From Wolbachia endosymbiont strain TRS of Brugia malayi (lineage in GTDB: Bacteria; Pseudomonadota; Alphaproteobacteria; Rickettsiales; Anaplasmataceae), in contig NC_006833.1 in NCBI RefSeq assembly GCF_000008385.1, forward strand, positions 210,001 through 242,000: a stretch of DNA of 32,000 bases, read 5' to 3'. Position numbers and translations under genes: made by a program. This document shows, in pieces, positions 1-8,133 of this stretch (its first letter is position 1; the number at the start of each line of letters is the position of its first letter). The notes below the pieces were generated by a model. That model saw nothing but the letters and a program-made list of their open reading frames with translations, was not told the DNA's origin and did no database searches.

Positions 1-262
1 AAGTATTAAGTAAGCCTCTTCTGATTTTTGAATACCTAGGAGCAAACGCACAGTTATATACAACCCAACATCATTTTTACAAATTTTATAATATTGCCTA
101 TAGGCTCACCAAGATTGTGCTGCCAGAGAAGCTTTATCTCATTTTTGTTCAAATTCTCTTTAAATGCTCCAAACAAGATTAGGTCACTTATTTATCGACT
201 ATATTAAAGACACTCGCATAACCAGAAAATACGCCGTTTTCTCCTATATTTTTTATTAACAA
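1..262 (-). pseudogene. HK97-family phage prohead protease, partial and frameshifted (runs off the left edge)
   Basis: The minus-strand translation gives ...LLIKNIGENGVFSGYASVFNIVDK*, then in other frames GAFKENLNKNEIKLLWQHNLGEPIGNIIKFVK and DVGLYITVRLLLGIQKSEEAYLIL. The GYASvFn and LLwqHn..ePIG motifs are typical of prohead proteases. At least one in-frame stop and two frame changes are visible. Confidence 0.65.
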
Positions 263-504
263 TGGGATGAACAGAGAAATTTCTTATCCTCATAAAGCCT
301 CCTTGTAGATTATGCTATTGGGGATTTTATTTGAAGTAACTTGCAATATACTGCGAAACAACCTTATTATATACAGTACTCTAAAAGAGGGAAGCATTTT
401 TAATTACAAAATAGAAACTATGGAAGCAACAAAGCCATCCCAACGTCACACAAACAACTTATGAGCATTTGTGATTTGATAAGCTAAAGATAGCTCACAG
501 AAGT

Positions 505-810
505 ACAAAAAATTACTTGATAAACCTTGCTAATTTCCATAGTACTGAAGGTATTCAGTTATCTTCAATCTATGCAGATTAAATGACAAAGTATCACGTA
601 GTTAGCGTCTTATGTTTAATTTTTTGTACTATATGTACTCTTATGTCTTTACAACATCTCTGGGGGGGTTTTTACCTATATAAGCTAGAACGTGCTTTAT
701 AAAGCATTTAAGACAGTATAGTGCGCCAATTTATAGGATTAGAGAGTAAACACTATCTGCCAGGGAATATCTTTTACCTTTTTTCTATTTAATAAATTTC
801 TTGCTACTTG
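505..810 (+). repeat. Large modular non-coding repeat, copy A (head plus one tail module)
   Basis: Aligns by eye along its whole length with 29675-29975 (roughly four fifths identical), and with 6845-7160 and the reverse complement of 18040-18385. Shared blocks are AAATTACTTGAyAAAC, GCAGATTAAA, ATGTTTAATTTTTGCACTATATGyAC..TATGTCTT, TTTTTACCTATATAAGyTGAA and CTTTTGCCTTTTTT..AAATTTCTT. Confidence 0.85.
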
Positions 811-915
811 TTAGCGGGGTCTAGAGATACCGCAGATGAGTTGCGCCAACGTCTCCGCTGGAATGACATAAGAAGGAGGCTACTTGAACGATAAGAAAGG
901 AGTACTGGAATGACA
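809..915. repeat. Short palindromic mini-elements (a TGTTAGC..GAGATACCGC unit followed by CGCTGGAATGACA / GTACTGGAATGACA units)
   Basis: 809-833 TGTTAGCGGGGTCTAGAGATACCGC matches 7334-7361 and the reverse complement of 15014-15042. The region 860-914 resembles the elements inserted in addA (GCACTGGGATGATAGGAAAGGA). Confidence 0.7.
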
Positions 916-1324
916 ATAAATTTCTTCGAAAAAAAGTTACTTGAAATGGCAACTGTATAAAACTGTTACTTCCAGCCTATCTCTATCAGTTTTTTTCTCC
1001 TTTTGCTTCTTCCACTTTAGAGTTGTAGTACTTCATCTGTAACACAATCATCTTGAATCTAAGAGTTCTTTAACTCCTTTAAACAGCATAAAGGGAATAC
1101 CTATACATACTTATAACTAAAGCACTGGTTACCGCTATTTTTGTTATAGCTATAACTGCTGTTAAATAGCTATATCGATAGTAGTTTCCACCACTAAACT
1201 TAATAATATCTTGATTATCATATACCATAATAAAAAAGTCAAATCCATACGCTAAGGTTGTAGCTTTACTAAATACTAAAAAACAGTCACAATGAAGTAA
1301 GCAAACATTTACAAATTAAATTTA

Positions 1325-2596
1325 GTGTGCAATCAACAAACAAGGGTGTTGATATCAACAATTCTCTGTAGAATCGCAATATGGTATGATCACATGCTCT
1401 TTATTGATCTGGTTAACATAATCAGTAGAGAGTTTTGTTCTGCAAAAGATGTCTACTACAACATACTGCAATTGTTTGGAATTGCAGGGCTGGGTGCTAT
1501 GGTAAGGCCACTTGGCGCATCTGTATTTGGTCACATTGGCGATAGATATGGAAGGAAGATGGCATTAACAATTGCTATTTTGCTAATATCAATCCCGTCT
1601 AGTCTCGTTGCATTTATTCCAGGCTATAGTCGAGTAGGTATAACCTCTACTATATTGCTTTTTGCAATCCATGTAACACAAGGAATTGCACTAGGCGCCG
1701 AACAAGGAGGAAGTTCTGTTTATCTCATAGAGCATTTATCCAATAAGAAAAAACTAGGAATGTTTTTTGGGATAATAAGTTTTGGTCGCTCCATTGGTGT
1801 CCTGCTTTTTGTAATGATAGTGATCATATGCAAAAAAATCACTGATTTTAACGCATGGGGCTGGAGAATGCCGTTTACTTTTTCGGCCATTTGGGGATTA
1901 ATGAGTGCATATAGTATATACACATTAGGAGAAACTCCGGCATATGAAAAAAATCGAGAACAAAGAAATTTGCCTAATTTACCAATAATAGAGCTTGTAA
2001 AGCGCTATAAGAGAGCTCTGATACTTGCCGTTTTAATATCCGTACCTGTTAATGTTGCTGTTGGATTTACCATATTTCTTCGAACAATTGCAAAAGAAAT
2101 AGTGCAAGTTGAGATGTATGTAACAACATATGTCAATGAAATTGTGTTGATTATAACCAGTATATTAATACCGATATCTTCAATAGCGCTCGGAATGTTA
2201 GCTGATAGAGTAGGGAAAGAGCGCATTGCAATCTTATTTATAATAATTACGATAATACTGTGTTGTCCTATGTTATCTATTGCATATTACTATAAAAGTT
2301 ACCTTATAATTATGTTGAGTGTAATGGCTCTCTCTATAATAGAAAGGGGTATCAATCCTATAGGAATAGTTGCATCTGAACTTTTCCCCCCCAATGTTAG
2401 ATTTAGTGGAGTGAGTTTATCACGCAATATTTCTTTTGCCTTGCATGGTGGATTTACCCCCATGATATGCACTTGGCTTACTATAACGTTCCCTCAAATA
2501 AATTTTGTTGCTGGGCTTTATATAATCTTCTGCTTATTGATCAGTTTGATAGCAATACTGCAAATAAAATCACAAGATAAAAATTTTGATTGGTAA
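1325..2596 (+). CDS. MFS transporter, ProP-like (proline/betaine-type) permease
   Basis: 423-aa ORF with many hydrophobic segments. It carries the MFS loop motif GHIGDRYGRKMAL and an N-terminal ..IWYDHMLF.. region that resembles the EWYDF motif of the ProP family. The start is GTG. Confidence 0.75.
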   Translation: MCNQQTRVLISTILCRIAIWYDHMLFIDLVNIISREFCSAKDVYYNILQLFGIAGLGAMVRPLGASVFGHIGDRYGRKMALTIAILLISIPSSLVAFIPGYSRVGITSTILLFAIHVTQGIALGAEQGGSSVYLIEHLSNKKKLGMFFGIISFGRSIGVLLFVMIVIICKKITDFNAWGWRMPFTFSAIWGLMSAYSIYTLGETPAYEKNREQRNLPNLPIIELVKRYKRALILAVLISVPVNVAVGFTIFLRTIAKEIVQVEMYVTTYVNEIVLIITSILIPISSIALGMLADRVGKERIAILFIIITIILCCPMLSIAYYYKSYLIIMLSVMALSIIERGINPIGIVASELFPPNVRFSGVSLSRNISFALHGGFTPMICTWLTITFPQINFVAGLYIIFCLLISLIAILQIKSQDKNFDW

Positions 2597-2729
2597 AAAT
2601 CCCGGTATAAGCCACACACATTAAGTTAAGCTTAAAATTGTAAGTTAAAAAATATAGTTGAATATTTGGAAAAAATAGTGTATTACTATTAATACCATTT
2701 AAGTTAATTTATTATAGCACTTTCTAAAT

Positions 2730-3577
2730 TCCTTACCAAAATTGGACCTGACTTTCAAGAAGATCTTTGGCACGGAAGAAATAAGAATATTCTTGTCCAT
2801 TTTTGAGCGATGTTTTAGGGTATACTGAAGTTAATACTATGCAAGAAATAGAATTCATCAGCGTCATTATGAATTCTAAATTTGCTTCTGAGAAACAAAG
2901 CATGGTTGGTGTTCTCTGCAAGGATTCTGTTGGTAATAAGTTTGTGGTTGAAGTGGAGCTCACTCGTGACAAGGACTTTGAAAAACGTATTCAATATTAC
3001 GTTGCCAAAGCTTCTCAAGGCAATCTGGTGGATATCATAATTTACACAAAAGATTTTCTTTATTACAATATCAAATTGTACTTTATTTCCCGATGAGTCC
3101 AATTATATATCTAGCCATACCATAAGAGACGATGAAACTAATGAGCATGATTTACAAGATTTTCAATTCGTATTCATTGAACTATCTAAATTTCCTAAAG
3201 GTAAAGTAGACCAATTAACAAGCATAGTAGAACGCTGGTGTTTCTTTATTTAAGTATGCAGAAGAAACAACAGATAAAAATTTAAAGAAGATAGCAGGAG
3301 AAGTATTAATAATAAATTAAGCATATGATGAGTTAAACAAGTTTCACTGGGATGAAAAGGACCTAAACAGCGTATGAAGAAAGAATAATGGATCTGTACA
3401 AAGAGGAAGCTATCCTTGAACAGAAACTTGGAAGGTATAGAAGAAGGAAAAATTGAAGTAGCAAAGGCAATGCTGGCTGATAATGTTGACACCAACACTA
3501 TTGTCAAGTTTACTGGTCTTTCCATTAGTGAAATTGAAAGGATTGCAGGATTAGAAGACGCTCATCAATTAACCTAA
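2730..3577 (+). pseudogene. Rpn-family recombination-promoting nuclease / PD-(D/E)XK putative transposase, fragmented
   Basis: Pieces lie in different frames: LDLTFKKIFGTEE, ILVHF.SDVLGYTEVNTMQEIEFI...VGVLCKDSVGNKFVVEVELTRDKDFEKRIQYYVAKA, DDETNEHDLQDFQFVFIELSKFPKGKVDQLTSIVERWCFF, and the C-terminal EEGKIEVAKAMLADNVDTNTIVKFTGLSISEIERIAGLEDAHQLT*. There are multiple stops and frameshifts. Confidence 0.8.
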
Positions 3578-3626
3578 CGCGGGCAGAATGACAGAATGCT
3601 ATTAGGTGTATGGTTATACAAGAAAT

Positions 3627-4076
3627 CTAATAATAATTGGTAGAGTCCCTCAATTTCTCAAAAAAATCTTTTAACAAAAAAGAGCACTCTGTTTCTAATA
3701 CCCCACCATAAACTTCAGGTACGTGGCTGCAAAATTGAAATATTTTAGCACCATTTTCAATTCCTCCACCTTTTGAATTATAGGCTCCAAAGTACAATCG
3801 TTTAATTCTTGCAAAGGAAATAGCTTGAGCACACATCGGACATGGCTCTAATGTTACGTACATGTCAGCATTACAAAGTACTGACGTTGAAAGCAATTCG
3901 CATGCTTGTCTGATCACTAACATCTCTGCATGTGCAGTTGGATCATTGGATATATTATGTGCAAAAGAAATGATATTGTCTCCACTAACTATCACAGCTC
4001 CTATGGGAATCTCATCATTTTTTTTGGCAAGCTTAGCTTGCTCTACGGCAAACTCCATATATTGACACTTAAACAC
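3627..4076 (-). CDS. tadA: tRNA-specific adenosine deaminase (CMP/dCMP deaminase fold)
   Basis: 149 aa with the zinc-binding motifs HAEMLVI and PCPMCAQA. The size and its position after pyrG fit TadA. Confidence 0.85.
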   Translation of the reverse strand: MFKCQYMEFAVEQAKLAKKNDEIPIGAVIVSGDNIISFAHNISNDPTAHAEMLVIRQACELLSTSVLCNADMYVTLEPCPMCAQAISFARIKRLYFGAYNSKGGGIENGAKIFQFCSHVPEVYGGVLETECSFLLKDFFEKLRDSTNYY

Positions 4077-4085
4077 TTTCCCTTG

Positions 4086-5708
4086 TTAACCTTCTGTTTT
4101 TTTAACTTTATTAACTACTGCCTTAATGAATGATACAAAGAGAGGATGAGGAGAAAATGGCTTAGATTGGAACTCTGGGTGAAATTGAACACCAATAAAC
4201 CATGGATGGTTTTCTAACTCCACTGCTTCTATATATGTTCCATCTTCTGACATGCCACTGCATATCAGTCCATTCTTTTCTAAATCATCTTTATAATCTA
4301 AATTAATTATGTATCTATGCCTGTGTCTTTCTGAAATAATAGTATCGCTATATGCACCCGCCATTTTAGAATTTGGACTTATATTACATTTGTATGCCCC
4401 AAGTCTCATGGTTCCACCAAGATCAACGTTTTTATCACCAGCTAGCTTAATGATTGGGTGTTTACAAGTATAAAACTCTTCAGAATGTACATCTTTAAAC
4501 TTAATAACGTTGCGAGCAAATTCAATAACCGCAAGCTGCATACCAAGGCATATTCCAAAAAATGGGATATTATTTGTGCGAGCGTAACTTATCGCTAACA
4601 TTTTACCTTCTATTCCATCGTCACCAAAACCCCCTGGAACAAGAATTGCATGAGAATTCTTTAGTTTATCCCCCATAAACTTTTCATTTATAGGTTTTCC
4701 GCTCTTCTCTCTTGAGTTAACCCAATTTATCTTTACTTCGATTCTATTACTAATTGCACTATGACTTAATGCCTCAACTAGTGACTTATACGTATCAGGA
4801 AATTCAGTGTATTTCCCTACTATAGATACAGTAACTTCCTGCATTGGGTGCCTCATAGAATGCACTATTTGATTCCACCCAACCAGACTTGGTTTTGGTT
4901 TACTTAAATGAAAATGTTCCAAAACTTGTGTACCAAGTCCACATTGATTATATAAGACAGGTAGCTCATATATATGACTTACATCAGGAGCGGATATTAC
5001 ATTAGATAAAGAAACATTACAAAGATTGGCTATTTTCCCTCTCTGATTATCAGAAATTTCTTTTTCACTACGACATAATATAATATCTGGCTGTAGCCCT
5101 ACAAAATTTAGCTCTCGAACTGAATGCTGTGTTGGTTTTGTCTTTAATTCTTGCGCTACAGCAAGATATGGCACCAAGGTTAAGTGAATAAGAATAACTC
5201 TTTGTTTTCCGAGTTTATAGCTAATTTGGCGTATGGCTTCCAAAAATGGTTGACTTTCGATATCACCTACAGTCCCGCCAATTTCACATATCACAAAATC
5301 TAAGCCTTCCGTACCATTAAAAATAAATGACTTGATTAAATCCGTTACATGAGGAATGACTTGTACAGTTTTGCCCAGGTAATCACCACGTCTTTCCTTT
5401 TTCAATAACTCATGATACATCTTACCAGTTGTTATATTGTCGTCTTTAGTTGCTTTAATTCCAGTAAAACGCTCATAATGCCCAAGATCCAAATCAGTTT
5501 CGGCACCATCTTCGGTAACAAATACCTCTCCATGCTGGGTTGGGCTCATTGTTCCAGGATCAATATTTAGATATGGATCAAGTTTTCTAATGCGAACTTT
5601 AAAGCCGTGAGCTTGAAGAAGTGCACCTACACTTGAAGCGACTAAACCTTTGCCAAGTGATGAAACAACCCCACCTGTTACAAAAATAAATTTAGCTTCT
5701 TTCATCAA
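4086..5708 (-). CDS. pyrG: CTP synthase
   Basis: 540 aa. The N-terminus [16 protein letters not shown], the glutamine amidotransferase motif GICLGMQ and the C-terminal [10 protein letters not shown] are diagnostic of PyrG. Confidence 0.97.
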   Translation of the reverse strand: MMKEAKFIFVTGGVVSSLGKGLVASSVGALLQAHGFKVRIRKLDPYLNIDPGTMSPTQHGEVFVTEDGAETDLDLGHYERFTGIKATKDDNITTGKMYHELLKKERRGDYLGKTVQVIPHVTDLIKSFIFNGTEGLDFVICEIGGTVGDIESQPFLEAIRQISYKLGKQRVILIHLTLVPYLAVAQELKTKPTQHSVRELNFVGLQPDIILCRSEKEISDNQRGKIANLCNVSLSNVISAPDVSHIYELPVLYNQCGLGTQVLEHFHLSKPKPSLVGWNQIVHSMRHPMQEVTVSIVGKYTEFPDTYKSLVEALSHSAISNRIEVKINWVNSREKSGKPINEKFMGDKLKNSHAILVPGGFGDDGIEGKMLAISYARTNNIPFFGICLGMQLAVIEFARNVIKFKDVHSEEFYTCKHPIIKLAGDKNVDLGGTMRLGAYKCNISPNSKMAGAYSDTIISERHRHRYIINLDYKDDLEKNGLICSGMSEDGTYIEAVELENHPWFIGVQFHPEFQSKPFSPHPLFVSFIKAVVNKVKKTEG

Positions 5709-6070
5709 TTCTCAAAGGGAACAGAAGTAGATTCATTTTCTTGTTGTTTTTCCAATATAATTTTCTCTGCTATCGATTTTTTATGTACATCTTTTGAACA
5801 CAATCCTGACAATAGTAATGTATTCATAATAAACAATCCAGCAACTATGGCTGTTATTTTGTTAAGCGGATTCGCAGAAGATTTTACTGGAATTATTGAA
5901 TTGAATCCTTGCTGCGAATTGCTAAAGCCGCTTAGTGAGCTACTTCCTGGTGGCTGCAAGAGTACTAAAATTACTAATATAACAACCAATATTATTTGAA
6001 ATACACTTAATACCATTATTAACATTATAAATAGGGTTGAAAATAAAAATTCTAGGAACATAAAGCACAT
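5705..6070 (-). CDS. secG: Preprotein translocase subunit SecG (the true start is probably internal, near 6025)
   Basis: Small membrane protein with a ...[18 protein letters not shown].. core (the SecG LLQxGKG-like region) and a second TM segment. Its stop overlaps the pyrG start by 4 nt. The first ~15 codons look like an ORF-track extension. Confidence 0.75.
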   Translation of the reverse strand: MCFMFLEFLFSTLFIMLIMVLSVFQIILVVILVILVLLQPPGSSSLSGFSNSQQGFNSIIPVKSSANPLNKITAIVAGLFIMNTLLLSGLCSKDVHKKSIAEKIILEKQQENESTSVPFEN

Positions 6071-6092
6071 AAGTCAAGTTCTTATACGCACC

Positions 6093-6126
6093 TGTCATTC
6101 AAGTAGCCAGCATTGTGCGCTGGAAG
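6093..6126. repeat. Short palindromic element (TGTCATTC..GCGCTGGAAG)
   Basis: TGTCATTCAAGTAGCCAGCATTGTGCGCTGGAAG resembles TGTCATTCCAGCGTGTGGCGCTGGAATC at 10620-10647. Confidence 0.6.
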
Positions 6127-6181
6127 AAATTTATTAAATATTTTACTTATAGATCTAATTTCTTATTATAAGAGATACGCA

Positions 6182-6770
6182 ATGAGCGATTTATTAATGG
6201 TTAAAGATTATAAAAAGGGGCGCAAAAAGCGCCTGAGAGAGAAAATTGTTTTAGATAATAGACAATCACTACTCGACTACTATGAAGTTTTAGAGTACAT
6301 TTTGTACTCAACATACAGTAGAATTGACGTAAAGCAGGTAGCAAAGAGTTTGATAGAAAATTTTGGCAGTTTAAAAAGGATCTGCCTATAATCAATAATT
6401 AGAAAAAACTGCTTGATTACTTAAGAATAAGTATAGGAAGCCTCAATGAGAAAAACTTTCATGTCATTTACACGAATAAAAAATACCACCTAATAGCGGA
6501 AGACCTGCAAAACATTAGTACAATAGATCAAACTTCTCTCTATGTCAAAGATATTATCAAGCGTGTTCTTTTGATTGGTTCAACATCCATAGTAATATCC
6601 CACAACCATTCAAGTGGAAATACACAACCTTCAAGTAGAATATATCCCTCACTAGGTAGCTAGCAGAAGCTTGCAAAAGCGTAAGAATAGAACTAATAGA
6701 CCACATGTTGTTACATTCAGTAGCTACTTTAATTTCAAGGAAAATAGGTTATTGTGAAAAACTTTTATAG
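6182..6770 (+). pseudogene. radC: DNA repair protein RadC (JAB/MPN domain), fragmented
   Basis: The N-terminus MSDLLMVKDYKKGRKKRLREKI...LLDYYEVLEYILY...VKQVAKSLIENFGSLKRI is intact up to a stop at 6391. The JAB core reappears in other frames (IVISHNHSSGNTQPS; ELIDHMLLHSVATLISRKIGYCEKLL*) and is interrupted by several stops. Confidence 0.8.
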
Positions 6771-6844
6771 CTACAGTAGCTTAATTATCGTCATTCGCTA
6801 TCAGTAGTGTAAACTCTTCAAATAACATAAAATGAAGTAGATGG

Positions 6845-7275
6845 CTGTAAAATTACTTGACAAACTTTGCCAGCTCTCTTACCATGGTAGTGGAGCTATT
6901 TTATATGGCTTTCCAAGCTTGTGTAGATTAAAATGACAAGAAAGTTTTGTATTTGGTGTATTGTTGTCTAATTTTTCGCACTATATGCACTGTATGTCTT
7001 TATAAAATTCTAGGTTTTTAGTTATACAAGCTGAAACGCGCTTATAAAGTGTTTAAGGCATTACCCAACGCCAAATTTTTAAAATAAAGAATTAGTGATT
7101 AGCTACTACAGGGGTTTCTTGTCTTTTTTTTCTGCTTGGCAAGTTTCTTAAATATTTAAGCCCCAATTAGTTGTTTTGAAAAGCAGCTAAATTGTAGCGT
7201 TTAAGACTTAAAAACGCCAATAATGAATAATGACCGGGGTTTCTTTTGCCTTTTTTCTGAATGGCTAAAAATTCA
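6845..7275 (+). repeat. Large modular non-coding repeat, copy B (head plus two tail modules)
   Basis: Has the same block order as copies A, C and D. The tail motif GGGGTTTCTTGTCTTTTTTTT (about 7122-7142) is repeated as GGGGTTTCTTTTGCCTTTTTT (about 7236-7256), each preceded by a GCGTTTAAG..AACGCC unit. Confidence 0.85.
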
Positions 7276-7302
7276 ATCTACTTCGTTATGGAACTTCTTG
7301 CC

Positions 7303-7390
7303 TGTCATGAAAGTAGCAGACAGAGCCGTTACGTGTTAGCGAAATTTATGTGAGATACGGCAGCAACTAGCTATTCATCACGAATGACAA
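7303..7390. repeat. Short palindromic element bounded by TGTCAT...ATGACA
   Basis: The ends are TGTCATGAAAG...CACGAATGACAA. The core TGTTAGCGAAATTTATGTGAGATACGGC is shared with 809-833 and 15014-15042 (reverse complement). Confidence 0.7.
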
Positions 7391-7475
7391 ACCAATTATA
7401 GTGTATACTAAATTTTTAATAATTTATTAACACAGGTACTTAAAACCCTCTTCACATACTCAGTAACTTTTATTA

Positions 7476-7504
7476 TTGAAAAATTAAAAAAAATGCTATA
7501 TACT
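7476..7504 (+). promoter_or_regulatory. Sigma70-like promoter candidate upstream of the degraded TA pair
   Basis: TTGAAA (7476-7481), a 17-nt spacer, then TATACT (7499-7504). Matches like this can arise by chance in AT-rich DNA. Confidence 0.3.
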
Positions 7505-7526
7505 AACTATAGTAGTAGATTTTGGT

Positions 7527-7749
7527 AAAATTTATAGCAGATTCAAGTACTAATATAGCTTTCAGCAAAGAAATTTTACAGCACCTTACTGAACTATCTG
7601 AACTTACCAAGTAGTCTGCTCAAGAATTAGCAGATAAATTACTCAGAGAAGCAGTTAAGCATGAAGAGGAAGGTATTTTATTATCTGTGGTTGCTGATGA
7701 ATATGATATTGGAAGTGCAAAAAAGACTAAAAGCAAGGACGTAGATTGA
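7527..7749 (+). pseudogene. Type II antitoxin (RelB/RHH-like), with an in-frame stop
   Basis: The frame reads ..ISFSKEILQHLTELSELTK*SAQELADKLLREAVKHEEEGILLSVVADEYDIGSAKKTKSKDVD*. A TAG interrupts it near 7612, and the TGA stop at 7747-7749 abuts the start of the toxin gene. Confidence 0.55.
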
Positions 7750-8031
7750 AATACACTATTATCTTCTTAGACAATATTCTTAAGAAAGATCTTCTAGATC
7801 TTCTGAAAACAGTGGTTAAGGGTTGTAGATGCAATAAATGAGCGGCCTATAGTTAGTCCTACTAATCTTGGTAAAGCTTTCACTGCAGCCTCAAAGGATG
7901 GAGAAGATTAAGAGTTGGTGATTACCGCATATATATTATGTAAACACCTTAGGATATGAAGTAACCATGGTTACATTAGGTGCAGAGATAATATTTATGA
8001 GAAGGCTAGGAAAATACTTCATAGACATTAA
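7745..8031 (+). pseudogene. RelE/ParE-family toxin, frameshifted
   Basis: Pieces lie in three frames: KYTIIFLDNILKKDLLDL, VVDAINERPIVSPTNLGKAFTAA, RVGDYRI and RDNIYEKARKILHRH*. The RVGDYRIiY motif and the terminal R..iY motif are characteristic of RelE/ParE. Confidence 0.7.
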
Positions 8032-8133
8032 ATATATAACTAGTAGCTTTAAAAAAAAGAAAAATTAATAATGCTCGTAGCACATACACCAACTAGCAAG
8101 GCTTCAATCACATTCTCTTGCAATCAAGTTCCA

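Noticed and set aside
611-685. Mini-ORF ATGTTTAATTTT... inside the large repeat, as a possible conserved small peptide
   Set aside because: Its frame, length and stop differ in each copy (23, 16 and about 14 codons), and indels break the frame. The conservation is therefore at the nucleotide level, not the protein level.
960-1324. Possible minus-strand small membrane-protein ORF (MVYDNQDIIKFSGGNYYRYSYLTAVIAITKIAVTSALVISMYRYSLYAV) upstream of the MFS gene
   Set aside because: It is below 60 codons, I could see no family resemblance or ribosome-binding site, and it sits in a repeat-rich decaying spacer. This is not enough support to call it.
1325-2596. Suspicion that the MFS transporter is decaying (GTG start, divergent IWYDHMLF instead of EWYDF, a C7 run near 2387-2393)
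   Set aside because: The 423-codon frame is fully open with the expected hydrophobic periodicity and the GDRYGRK loop motif. Divergence alone does not show loss of function.
3250-3525. 91-aa minus-strand ORF
   Set aside because: It lies antisense to the C-terminal part of the Rpn-like pseudogene, which is the better explanation for the sequence.
6113-6181. N-terminal extension of the radC ORF given by the ORF track (start at 6113)
   Set aside because: The extension is encoded by a palindromic mini-element (6093-6126). The conserved RadC N-terminus begins at the ATG at 6182.
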